A stretch of 57,228 nt of DNA, counting the filler, from Stramenopiles sp. TOSAG23-3 (lineage: Eukaryota), in NCBI GenBank assembly GCA_900128585.1. It is 6 parts of 6 records of this genome, joined end to end, with 100 filler letters (N's around TTAATTAATTAA, not from the genome) between each part and the next. Parts side by side here need not be neighbours in the genome. Positions count along the whole stretch, not along the records: positions 34,291 to 51,319 come from LT642466.1; 5 more parts are not named here. One strand, given 5' to 3'. A program made the translations under genes and the position numbers. Positions 38,885 to 49,197 of this stretch are shown piece by piece. Numbering within the stretch: position 1 is the stretch's first letter; every line of letters begins with the position of its first letter. The notes under the pieces were generated by a model. That model was not told the origin of the DNA. It worked only from the letters and a program-made list of their open reading frames with translations, and ran no database searches.

Positions 38885-41800
38885 TTACTCAAATGCTCCA
38901 GCAGTGCCTTTTTTATTGCTTTCGTAGTTCCGGCACATATCTGCTAACTTTGCCAACTCTGTGGGCGTAAGAGCCCCATGCTGAATGCTCTTCCTGCTCA
39001 AACAGTCCAAGTCCTTTGCGGTAGGCGCTCTGCCAGTCGTCACTTTGTCTTTTGACCGATGCCGAGACTGCTGTTGCCGCCGCCTTGTATGTGCTGGCTG
39101 GTACACAGTTTCTTGTTCATACTGTTCTAAAAACTGACCATTTTCTGGCGTTTTTAGGGCAACTTTCTTCGTTCGTTTTCCCGAGTTTCGAGTGTTCGCT
39201 GCTAACTCAATGAATTTACGGTCAAACTCTAATACGACTACTTCCTCGACAGCGTTTATGTTCTCTTCTTCAAAGTGCAGCAACACTTCTGACACATTGT
39301 TGGAGTCTGATTTCGTGTCCTGGTTTACGTCAAATAGAAACCATCGCTCGTATTCTGAATTCCCGGATATTTGAATGGGGTCGAACACTTTTACCGTTTC
39401 AAATGAATTCACCCCTGCTCGTTCCCAGCGGACTTTGAACGTCTTCAACCGCGGATTCTTGTTTCCGCGCGCTTTGTACAAAATGCACAAGTTCTTTGCC
39501 GTTGCCTGGAGCTGAAAGGGGCAATGGTTGCGCCATACTCTACTCTTTGCAACAGAACCTTTTCTTCGCCCGGGTTTATTTTTTTCATTTTGAACCCTTT
39601 GCCATCGGTATAACCCAGTGAAACGGTGCCCCATCATTGCATCGTCAACAGACAGGTTTAGTCCGAAAAATTGTGGGTCAAATGTTAGCCCTCCAGCAAA
39701 TCGACTTGGGGAGTACTTGCCAGGTGAAGCAACCGGTCGCTTCGGGGACTTACTGGATGGAACAAAAGAAGGAGAAAGCGGAACTTGCCGCCCAACACTG
39801 TTCGATCCCCAGGACGCGCCCTTGCTGAAAGAATACTGCGTTGGTGGTCTGATGGCTTTGCCCTCTGTTGCCATGCGTCGAGGGGCCGGGGTCGTCTTTG
39901 ATAAAAGCGCTTCTTCCGTCGCAAAGGCTTTCTTAATTGGCGGGGTGCTTTCTCTGATGACTACATCCTGCTCGTAGAGTAAATCAGCAAAGTTTTTGGG
40001 CTGCAATGGGCTGTCTGTAGTAAATTCTGGGGAGTCCATGCTCCGGCCACTATCAAGAAAACGGGTTCGCTTCACGAACCTTGGTGGTGGCGAGACGAAC
40101 GACAAGCTTTTGGCACTGGTTTTGAGGCTCGTTTGTACCGCCGCTGAGTTGTCTTTGCTGCGATCCTCGAACCCTCTTCCGGACGATTCATGTGAAATAT
40201 TTTTCGACTCGCTAAACGAGTCGAATCGAATGCGCGCTATTGACGGTGGAAGGTCTATTTGGGGCGATGGTGTCGCCATGCACCTGTCCATGCTACTGTA
40301 CGCAAAAGCGCTGTCGCTGTGCGGAAATTTTTGCAACCTTTCGACCGTCGACGTCTTGGGTGAAATACTCTCCATGGCATTAGAGTGGACGTTTTCGTCT
40401 CTCTCGCTGGCAGGGAAGGTTTTCGAGCGATAGTATTCTCTCTGGCCTTCGCAAAAGCCTTGGTGCGATCCCTGGGCATCAACGCCTACAGAGGTTTCAT
40501 TGGACGCGCCAGTCGACGGTGGTTTCAAAGACTCGGGCTCCTTTGCCGCTGTTGCCCCAACGGTTGCAGCAGGCATTGGCTTTGGGCACGTTGTCTCGGT
40601 GTGTGCAACAACAGCTGCATCGTTGCCCGTGTCCAAATTTTCGGCAATGCTCTGGAACCCTTCGCCTTTGTTGCGGTTCACTTCACAACGAGGTCGGTTG
40701 GTTTCTTCATCGCTGCGTAGCTTTCCCTCCGTCAACTCGGGAAACGTATCTTCTACTGAAGCGCCGCTAACTTTTTGGCGAAAAGCCTGCTTTTTCGTCC
40801 GGGCAATACCTTGGGCATAGTCTTTCTCAAGCTCTGCTTCAACAGCTTCGTGACTACATCTACTATTTGATGTTCCTTTCCCTTTGCTATTTTCACCACC
40901 CATGCCCTTCGCGATCGGCGAGGACAATCCTCCAATAGGAAGCGCTGGCCTGGGAGACGGCGTTGTGGCGATAACGCGTGACGAAAGAGGGGACAACTGC
41001 TTGCTCGTGAAGAAAACCGGCTCTGCACTTTCTCCGCTCCTGTTGGCAAAAGGTATTGGGCTTGGATTCGGGGACGACACTGGGGTCGTTCGATCGTATC
41101 CATTGTCCGAAACAGAGTCGGAATGGCGCCCTTTTCTATTTGGGGTCGGAATGTTCCGTCGTTGTGGAGTTGGTGGCCGACTTCGTTGACGAGAGCGGCT
41201 TCGCTCATCCTCCAGCATTCGCTTGGCCTCTAGATACAGTGTCTTGTTCTTCTTCACTTTCGAATCCAAAAGTTTGTTGTGCTCCTCTAAATGCTTGACC
41301 CGGTTTAGCAACGACTTTTTCTCCTTTCGTGCCGAACAAAGCTTTCCTTTGTACTGATCTAGCTCCACAGTTTTTTCCTCCAGTTTAGATTCCAAGCGAC
41401 TATTGTGATCTTTCAAAGATTCGATCGTTCGGTTTAACGCGGCAAACTTTTTCTTGTTCTCCTCCCGCTCTGCCTTCCGCTCGCGCCCCATCGTGTACAG
41501 GCGGGAAATGGCTCGCTTGCCTTCCTGCAGTTCCTCGTGCATCTCGTCCCGGTATTTGTTCAACGCCTCGACCTTTCGTCGGAATTTACTATCGGGTAAC
41601 AATTTAAGAACCGGGCCATAACCTAAAATCTGGCCGACAGTTGGTCGAAAATTGGCATCTTTTTCCAACATTTTCGTAATCACAAACTGCAGTTCTTTGC
41701 TGTATACGTCAGGGATTTTCGGGGGCTCCGTGAAGCAAATTTTCTGCATGAGTGCCATGGTAGTCTTGGCTTCAAATGGCTTTCGTAGGCACGCCATTTC

Positions 41801-42583
41801 GTACATTAAACAGCCAAACGACCACACGTCGCTTTTTTCATTGTATGGCTCCTCTTTGCACAGTTCGGGGGAAAAATAGAGAGGAGTGCCCACCTGGGAA
41901 AATGCGTTCACCGACGCCGGGCCAAACTCACGAACTAGTCCTAAATCACCGATCTTGATGTTTAAATTGGCGTCCAAAAAGATATTTTGTGCTTTGATGT
42001 CTCGGTGCAATATGCGGTTTGCGTGAAGGTACGCTAACCCTTCACATATCTGAATGAGATATTCCCACAATACCTTTTCGTCAAAAAGAGTCTTGTTCCT
42101 CGTCTGTAACTCTATCATCCCGGACAGGTCCCCCCGTGGGGCATGTTCCATGATAATTTGAATGGCTCGCCCGTCGACGCAAGACTCGTGAAACTTGACG
42201 ATGTTTGGATGGTCCAGTTTTCGCATGACTAAGTGTTCGGACATGCTCAAGTTTATTTGCTGCGCAGTCAAACCGTCCAGCGGGACTTTTTTCAAAACAA
42301 ATACTTTGTTGTCCCGCTTACGGCTCACCTTGAATATTTCACCGTACATTCCGGACCCTAGCTTTTCCAATACGTTGTACTCGTACTGAAAGGACGTGTT
42401 TTGGCCATGAATTACTGCGTTATTGCCGACGCTCACGCTGCTGCTGGGGCGTTTCTGCGGCACGGGACCCTGCTGCTGGTGGTTCGTTTGCTGCTCCCTG
42501 GCTGCAGCTCGCGCGTGGCACTGGCCGTGGGATTTCGAGCCACCAATCGGCGAGGAGACAACCCCGGAGGAATTCTTTCTCAT
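38885..42583 (-). CDS. NIMA-related (NEK) Ser/Thr kinase with coiled coil and long C-terminal extension
   Basis: LGSGMYG, VLKK, HRDIKAQNIFL, IKIGDLG, VGTPLYFSPELC..PYNEKSDVWSFGC. First ATG at 42583. Confidence 0.93.
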   Translation of the reverse strand: MRKNSSGVVSSPIGGSKSHGQCHARAAAREQQTNHQQQGPVPQKRPSSSVSVGNNAVIHGQNTSFQYEYNVLEKLGSGMYGEIFKVSRKRDNKVFVLKKVPLDGLTAQQINLSMSEHLVMRKLDHPNIVKFHESCVDGRAIQIIMEHAPRGDLSGMIELQTRNKTLFDEKVLWEYLIQICEGLAYLHANRILHRDIKAQNIFLDANLNIKIGDLGLVREFGPASVNAFSQVGTPLYFSPELCKEEPYNEKSDVWSFGCLMYEMACLRKPFEAKTTMALMQKICFTEPPKIPDVYSKELQFVITKMLEKDANFRPTVGQILGYGPVLKLLPDSKFRRKVEALNKYRDEMHEELQEGKRAISRLYTMGRERKAEREENKKKFAALNRTIESLKDHNSRLESKLEEKTVELDQYKGKLCSARKEKKSLLNRVKHLEEHNKLLDSKVKKNKTLYLEAKRMLEDERSRSRQRSRPPTPQRRNIPTPNRKGRHSDSVSDNGYDRTTPVSSPNPSPIPFANRSGESAEPVFFTSKQLSPLSSRVIATTPSPRPALPIGGLSSPIAKGMGGENSKGKGTSNSRCSHEAVEAELEKDYAQGIARTKKQAFRQKVSGASVEDTFPELTEGKLRSDEETNRPRCEVNRNKGEGFQSIAENLDTGNDAAVVAHTETTCPKPMPAATVGATAAKEPESLKPPSTGASNETSVGVDAQGSHQGFCEGQREYYRSKTFPASERDENVHSNAMESISPKTSTVERLQKFPHSDSAFAYSSMDRCMATPSPQIDLPPSIARIRFDSFSESKNISHESSGRGFEDRSKDNSAAVQTSLKTSAKSLSFVSPPPRFVKRTRFLDSGRSMDSPEFTTDSPLQPKNFADLLYEQDVVIRESTPPIKKAFATEEALLSKTTPAPRRMATEGKAIRPPTQYSFSKGASWGSNSVGRQVPLSPSFVPSSKSPKRPVASPGKYSPSRFAGGLTFDPQFFGLNLSVDDAMMGHRFTGLYRWQRVQNEKNKPGRRKGSVAKSRVWRNHCPFQLQATAKNLCILYKARGNKNPRLKTFKVRWERAGVNSFETVKVFDPIQISGNSEYERWFLFDVNQDTKSDSNNVSEVLLHFEEENINAVEEVVVLEFDRKFIELAANTRNSGKRTKKVALKTPENGQFLEQYEQETVYQPAHTRRRQQQSRHRSKDKVTTGRAPTAKDLDCLSRKSIQHGALTPTELAKLADMCRNYESNKKGTAGAFE

Positions 42584-43856
42584 CTTGGGCGGAAAAATCG
42601 TTCTCAATTAGTCTACTATGCGAAAGCGTGCTATTACAGCTATCAGACCACAAACCAGCAGGCCCAAATGAAAAACGTTGAGTGCAAGTGGGCTACGTTC
42701 CTCGAAAGCGTCTCAAAGAACCGTACTACTGCAACTGTGAGGAAAACCGAAAGCAAGTCCGTGCAAACAAAGATCAAACGAATCAGGTTCTGCTTCTCTC
42801 TTGCGGTGGTGGGTGTTGTTTCCGCTTTACCAATTTTTTATGCGAGAAAAGAGAAAAAACAGATACGCTTATTATCAGGAATGATTTCTAAATAGAATCG
42901 TTGGAGAATGTTACCTTCCTGCGCATGCATGTCCCATTGCAATAATACTTTTCTTCAATCCTAATTCGTTTAGGAATAGGAAATACTTGTCATCTCTATA
43001 ATAATAATAACAAAATCAATTATTATTTATTATTTTTTATTATATTATTATTTTTTTTTTTTCAATGTGATTATTAATATAGAAATAACAAGGGAACAAT
43101 AATTCTAAAAAATCCTTTTTTCTTTTTTTATTTATTATATTTATTTATTATTATTTTTTAATCTTCTTCTTCTCTTCTTCTTCTCTTTTTGTGGGAATCG
43201 TTTTCAAGTTTGAAATATTCAACTCCAACAACAATATTTTATATATAAATAACACTAATACATATATTATTAATAACAACAACAAGAGAAGAATATTTTA
43301 GATAAATTTAATAAAAACACGCCAAAAAACATTTCTTTTTAATTTATTTTTAATTTATTTAATAAATAGTTCTAGCAGGGAAATAGATTTGGACTGTAGT
43401 GTTAGAGTTCAAGAGTATTTGTGCTATTTTAGTACAGCACACAGTATGATGGAGCATATTTATTTAACCAGGGCTAACTAACTAACTAGTGTACTAGAGA
43501 AAGAAGAGGACCTGACATTTGTATTAGTCGGTCTAAACTAAATAAGTAATAAATAAATGTATTCTTTGAAATAATGAATAGGAAGCCAAGTATCCTTCCA
43601 AAAATCAAATTTTTATTGGGGAAAAATTATTTAAGAATACAAATTATTATACTTATAGTTCAAATTTTGAAAATTATCGTAAATGAAGAGCAAGAAATTA
43701 CTACATAGAATTATCATGAAATAAAGTTTGATGGTCCAACTTTCAATGCTCTGGTCTTGCTATTAGACTATTAGTACGGTACAGTAGCACAGTTGTTTCC
43801 AGATGATTCCAGTGTCACGTATGTAGAAAGAACGTAGAGCAACCAGAAAGAAGCAC

Positions 43857-43906
43857 AGCAAAGCAAAGCAAAGCAAAGCAAAGCAAAGCAAAGCAAAGCA
43901 AAGCAA
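43857..43906. repeat. (AGCAA)10 pentanucleotide microsatellite
   Basis: Ten tandem AGCAA units. Confidence 0.95.
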
Positions 43907-44530
43907 TCTTCTTGGGAAAAAAGAAAAAGAAAAAAAAGAAAAAAAGACGATGAAGAGAGCATTGAGGAAAATTCAGTACTATTTCCCTATACCTTGTTTC
44001 CTTTATGAACGGCGTGGAATGCTCCGAAGCAAAGTAAATGCGAATTAATCACGAAATGACATTATAGTCCTAATACCTAATAAGCGAGAATATAATAGAA
44101 TATAAAAGAAGAACAAAATCTTCTTTTTAAATATAGTAGTAGGAAGGTATTAATATTACAATATACGTACTAGAGAGACCGACGGACCGATGGACCGACG
44201 GACGACCACGACCGGCCAATAAAATATATAATTATCCATCCAAGCTATTAGCTTATAATAATAATAATAAAATAAAAAAGAAAGAAGGAAGAGAACTAGA
44301 CACTACACTAACGACGATTTAGAATGAATGAAAGAGAGGAGTGTGTACGTACAGGTATTTTTACTATGTTTGTACGCGTTACTTTAGTTACATGCTTCCC
44401 TTTTCAATCGTTGACACTTTCAATCGTTTTCTTCCAGCAATTAGACGAGTTGATTAGTTTGCATTAGTACCAATTTACAAACACTTTTTATTAATACCTC
44501 TGTAAAAAACTACGAATTCCTTTCACAACT

Positions 44531-44875
44531 ATGAACCGTCTTGTTACCGGCCTTCGTCCAGCACTAAAGAATGCTGCCCGCACTAGTGGTTTCGTACAGG
44601 CAAGATTTTTTGGAGGAAGCACTTTCATTGAACGCGATGAAGTCGTAGAAAGAGTTATGACTGTAGTACGATCCTTCGACAAAGTGGACGCTACCAAAGT
44701 TACCGAAACTGCCAAGTTCACCGAAGACCTAGGGCTTGACTCTCTGGACGCAGTAGAAGTCCAAATGGCCTTGGAAAGCGAGTTCTGCATTGAAATCCCA
44801 GACGCCGAAGCGGACAAGATCCTTTCCTGCACAGAAGCTATCAGTTTCATTTCCTCCCACCCACAAGCCAAGTAA
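44531..44875 (+). CDS. NDUFAB1: Mitochondrial acyl carrier protein
   Basis: Arg-rich presequence ending [16 protein letters not shown] phosphopantetheine motif, [13 protein letters not shown], and terminal HPQAK. Confidence 0.95.
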   Translation: MNRLVTGLRPALKNAARTSGFVQARFFGGSTFIERDEVVERVMTVVRSFDKVDATKVTETAKFTEDLGLDSLDAVEVQMALESEFCIEIPDAEADKILSCTEAISFISSHPQAK

Positions 44876-45219
44876 GTGGAGGGGGTAAGGCTACTGCCGA
44901 AGACGCCAGTTGCGGGAGATGTGCCTGCCACGGTTCCGGGGCTGACGTACGCGCGGTGGACGTTGTGCCGTGGACCTTGGCCAAAGGAAGGGCCCTGCCG
45001 CTCGACGCAATCGCCTTTTTTGTGTCGTAAACAGAAAACTGTGCGGGTGTGCGTGCTCGGTACGTACCTATATGCATTAAGAGAGTATATCGTTATGTGT
45101 ACTGTTTGCTAATCTGGTAATTACATTAACTTACTCGGGTACCGCCCGCCCTCAGAACGTTGCTACTCCACGGATGCCGCACGGAAAGTTGGCCCCACTC
45201 CTCCCTCCAGCACCTTTTT

Positions 45220-48200
45220 CTATCCGATCGTCTTCAGGATATCACCAATCTCCCGGTGGGCAGCTTTTAACTTCTCTGCCATTTCGCTGCGCAGTGCAAG
45301 GGTGCCTTGGCCCAACACCAGGCCGCCGTTTTTTCCTTTTTCTCGCCCAGCGTTCGCGACGGCATTGAGGTGTGCAATGTTTTTCCTCACCACTTCCAGC
45401 CCATTTTGCACCATCCCAACGCCTTCCCGGAGTTTGTTGATCATCCCCGGGTCCCCGCGGGCACCGTTGGCTAACCCAACACCTCGTTTCCTGCTCGCTT
45501 CATAAAAGGATCGCAAGACGGACACGGTTAGCACGCCATCTTTTTCTAACACACTGCGACTCGTCCGATCAAACATGTACTCGCGCTCTGCTTCATGAAC
45601 GCCTGGCCTCTGCTGGGCGCCCCGTGCAGTCCCATGGTGGCGCATGACGCTTTCGAACATTTTGTCTGGAACGCACCAACTGGACAATGAGTTGCTGGTT
45701 TTAGTGTTCGCAACGTAGGGGCCGAAATCGAACCTCAGGCACAGGCTCAGCAGCTCCAGCAGCGCGTACCTATGGATCCACGAGTTACCCTCTGTTAAAC
45801 CGGTGCACAGTGCGTCGATTAGGCGATGAAAAGCGGCGGCAAACTTGTCGAACCCCCGCTTCTCGCCCAAGCGCTTCACCCATTTAATCGATGAAAAGGA
45901 CCGTCCCGAGGAATGACGAAGAAACCCCATCACCCCCAGGCCAGCGGCCATTTGCATCGACAGCATTAGGGACGGGGAAACCCTTTCGAAGGCCCGGATC
46001 ATTTTGCCTAAAAAGTCTATCCACGGCAGAACTTCGCTTTCTAACGTTGACGCCCTCACCAGTTGGAAACAGCACCCAGCATGAGCGACGGCTTCGCCAC
46101 ACTCGAGCAACAGCAGGAAGCGCTTCTCAAGACCGGCACCGCCGCCAGACCCGGCCAAGTTCGGCAGACCCGTCGACAACAGGGGCATGGCTGCCTTTAT
46201 GCTGCTCCAGGCTTGGTCTAGAAACGATTGCGGGATGTCCACGTTGATCCTGTTTAGCCCTTCCACAATGGCAACTGAGCATTTCAGGCCGCACAGAAAT
46301 CTCTGCACGCTTTCAATGGTCCCTGCGAGTCCCACCAAAGTGCACGATAACGCAGTTTTCAGCAAACCACTCCGAAAAAAATTGGTGACTTTTGGACAAT
46401 TCGGCAGGACCCTCTCCCAGTGCAAAGTTTTCAAAAGCTGGCAGAACGCCCATCCCTCCTTAAGCGTGTCCGCATCAGAAATGCAAGAAGTACCGGAGTC
46501 GCTGCTCTCGGCCAAAAACATCTTCGGAAAACGAGAGAACAATTTCTGCATCGCAACCGTTTGTTGTTCGTGGCCTAGCAGCACCAGGCAGCTCCCAACG
46601 GTGTCGATAAGACTGGCGGCGGGCGGGCAACTTCCCATGTTTCGAGCAGCACCATAGAGGGAAACGATTGCACCTACACTCTCTTCCGTGGTTCGCCTGT
46701 CGAACGCAACGCTCCACATGCTCTTTACAAGAGTCTGGCACGTCGGCGACGTGTGGGCGGACATTTCGACCAACAAATCGTCGAGTGCCGGGGCGACACT
46801 GTCTGGGGCGTCGAGCAAAAACAGCCGGATCGCCGCAATTAACTTTGCGAGCAAAGATGCCTGATTCTCGTCTTCCCCCTGTGCATTTCCGCCAGACCCA
46901 ATTCCAAAGGGTGCACTAAAATCGTTCTTATCCTTGCTTTTTCTCCCAAGATCGCCCAAGTAACGATGAACCTGCGATGGGGAAGACGCCAGTACCGGAT
47001 AATGGTGCAACGCCACGCCAACGGTCCAACGCAAGTACGGCACCATTCGCGCCACCAGGGCGCCGGGAAACTTCGGGGTTGTTCTCAAGATGGTCAGCAG
47101 CAGTTCAAACTTTACAAGTTCCATTTGCGAATCGCACTCTCGGCTGCCAATTTTGTCCATCGGAAAGTGGCCCAACAGGCTCTCCTCCCCGTCCTCTTGA
47201 ATCGAAAAGATCAGGGGGCGCAAGTGACGAAACAGACTCAGCTTCTCGTCTATATGTACATGTTCTGAGTTACAGAGGTTGATGAATATTGTAATCGTGT
47301 TGTTGTGTATAAATCCTTGGAGCATCCGGGCAGTGACAGGGTCAGCATTCACCACTCCGTCTGATGGATGGACGAGGGACATTCCATTGAGCAAATCCCT
47401 TACAAGAAATTCGTTCATTATTTCAATCGCTACACGCCCAGGAGACATCTTCACCAGCGCCTGGATCGTGCCGTAGAAATAGCGCAAAATCTGCACGGCG
47501 GGAAGCACCTTTTCGTTCGGGGACGCTGGGTGCCCGGCGTCCTCTCCCTTTTTCGAGCGCGCCTTTTCGCGAGTCTTTAGCTGCGTCTTGATCGTAGAGA
47601 GCGTATCGTCCCGGTGCTTTACAATGACCTGAAATGTTCTGGACATAAGTGTTTTAAATTGTGCAGAATCCGCCTGGATCAACGCCTGGCTGCTCTTTGA
47701 AAGAATGGCCCTTATTTTTGACCAAATCACGTTCAACAGTTTAATGTGACACATAGCGGCGGGGCTGGTGTCAAGAAACTCGCTCCACAAACAAAAAGTG
47801 TCCTCAGAGGTGTGGACGTTCTGGGAGCTTGCGTCGAAGAACTCGACGAGTCTCTCACGTGCCTGTCCGCCCAATTCACTGACAAAAACCGATTTAAGTA
47901 CATTTTTCAAAGCCGCGTTGTTGACGACTTCTTTCCTCTGGACCAGCGGGAGGCTATGCCTGGCTGCCCTAAAAATGCTCCTCAGCGCTTCCACCCTGCT
48001 TTCTATTCGGCGTGTGTGCGCGCCTATTATGGTAACCAAAACGTTCACGGTTCCAATTTCTGTCTTTCCTAGGGACTCCCTGGTTGAAGGAAACGTCGCA
48101 AGCCAACACGAGGCTGCCTCCAAACTGTGCTGCTCCGATAAGCTTTCTGCCTTCGTCTTCATGTAACCACCTTGGCCCTCAAAATCTTCCGAGTACGAAC

Positions 48201-48267
48201 CAGCAAGCTGCAGGATTTCCTCCGGTATTGTACCCGGAACATTTTCTTTCGCATCTAGATTTACCAT
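45220..48267 (-). CDS. 1015-aa alpha-helical (ARM/HEAT-like) protein, candidate FIRRM/C1orf112/FLIP homologue
   Basis: Long Leu-rich helical ORF. C-terminal RKR...KLREGVGMVQNGLEVV resembles my recollection of the plant FLIP C-terminus. The gene is secure; the identity is tentative. Confidence 0.5.
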   Translation of the reverse strand: MVNLDAKENVPGTIPEEILQLAGSYSEDFEGQGGYMKTKAESLSEQHSLEAASCWLATFPSTRESLGKTEIGTVNVLVTIIGAHTRRIESRVEALRSIFRAARHSLPLVQRKEVVNNAALKNVLKSVFVSELGGQARERLVEFFDASSQNVHTSEDTFCLWSEFLDTSPAAMCHIKLLNVIWSKIRAILSKSSQALIQADSAQFKTLMSRTFQVIVKHRDDTLSTIKTQLKTREKARSKKGEDAGHPASPNEKVLPAVQILRYFYGTIQALVKMSPGRVAIEIMNEFLVRDLLNGMSLVHPSDGVVNADPVTARMLQGFIHNNTITIFINLCNSEHVHIDEKLSLFRHLRPLIFSIQEDGEESLLGHFPMDKIGSRECDSQMELVKFELLLTILRTTPKFPGALVARMVPYLRWTVGVALHHYPVLASSPSQVHRYLGDLGRKSKDKNDFSAPFGIGSGGNAQGEDENQASLLAKLIAAIRLFLLDAPDSVAPALDDLLVEMSAHTSPTCQTLVKSMWSVAFDRRTTEESVGAIVSLYGAARNMGSCPPAASLIDTVGSCLVLLGHEQQTVAMQKLFSRFPKMFLAESSDSGTSCISDADTLKEGWAFCQLLKTLHWERVLPNCPKVTNFFRSGLLKTALSCTLVGLAGTIESVQRFLCGLKCSVAIVEGLNRINVDIPQSFLDQAWSSIKAAMPLLSTGLPNLAGSGGGAGLEKRFLLLLECGEAVAHAGCCFQLVRASTLESEVLPWIDFLGKMIRAFERVSPSLMLSMQMAAGLGVMGFLRHSSGRSFSSIKWVKRLGEKRGFDKFAAAFHRLIDALCTGLTEGNSWIHRYALLELLSLCLRFDFGPYVANTKTSNSLSSWCVPDKMFESVMRHHGTARGAQQRPGVHEAEREYMFDRTSRSVLEKDGVLTVSVLRSFYEASRKRGVGLANGARGDPGMINKLREGVGMVQNGLEVVRKNIAHLNAVANAGREKGKNGGLVLGQGTLALRSEMAEKLKAAHREIGDILKTIG

Positions 48268-49197
48268 TGGTTCAGATTAAAATGGTCGTGGTCCACCGGA
48301 AGAGTGCCCAATCTCGAACTTTGAGATGAATCAAACGCACGGACGTGCTATGGATTAACAAGAAACAACACACCAGGCCTGATTCAACGCTCACTCTTGA
48401 TCCCGCAAGCGTTGCAAGGAACAGTTAAGGCGATTGGTCGTTCGTTGCTGTTGAAACTGAAAAGATTTTTTAAACCGTGGTTGGTTGGTTGGCCGTTTTC
48501 GTTTTGTTTTGTTCCATGCAAAACTTTCAATAATCTTCTGCGTATAATTTCAATGGATGAACAATAATAATAAAACACAAATCAATCAAGAAGAAAGAAA
48601 GAAAGACAGAAAGACAGACAGAAAAAAAGAGAATTCAATTTTCAATATCCTACCACACCTACCTCCTACCTCCTCTCCTCCTCCTCCCCCCCTCCTCCTC
48701 GATTATTCGTACGTAGATGTACCGCCGCCGTAGTGTACAATTATTATTATTAATTATTATTATTTTATATAGTATTTTTTTTTATTATAGACTAACAATA
48801 ATAAATTATAATTAAATTGTTTTGTTGTTGTTTTTTGTTGTTGTTCTTATGTTGTGTTGATGTTTTGTTGTTGTTGTTGTTGAAAAATAATATTTTTTTT
48901 TTTAATAAAAAAATGCAGCAGCAGCAGCAGCAAACAACAACAACAAAAAAAAGCAAAAAAACACAACAACAACAAAAAATGATGGTGGGGGAAGAAGAAC
49001 GAAAATAATAATAATATTTTTGTGTATTATGTCATCAAAGGCAAACAAATACCAGGCGTGAATTTTATTTTCCACAGAATTGTGTGTTTAAACAGGTTCA
49101 AAACATACCCACAAGCTTTGAAGCACTCCTTCGCTACATACTCAATACTGCGTGTGTTGTTTTGTTGGTCCGTTTTCGACGACCCCCTGTGACGAAT

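Noticed and set aside
42401..42895. 164-aa + strand ORF overlapping the NEK start
   Set aside because: Non-ATG start, antisense to NEK, no motifs; more simply the NEK 5' UTR.
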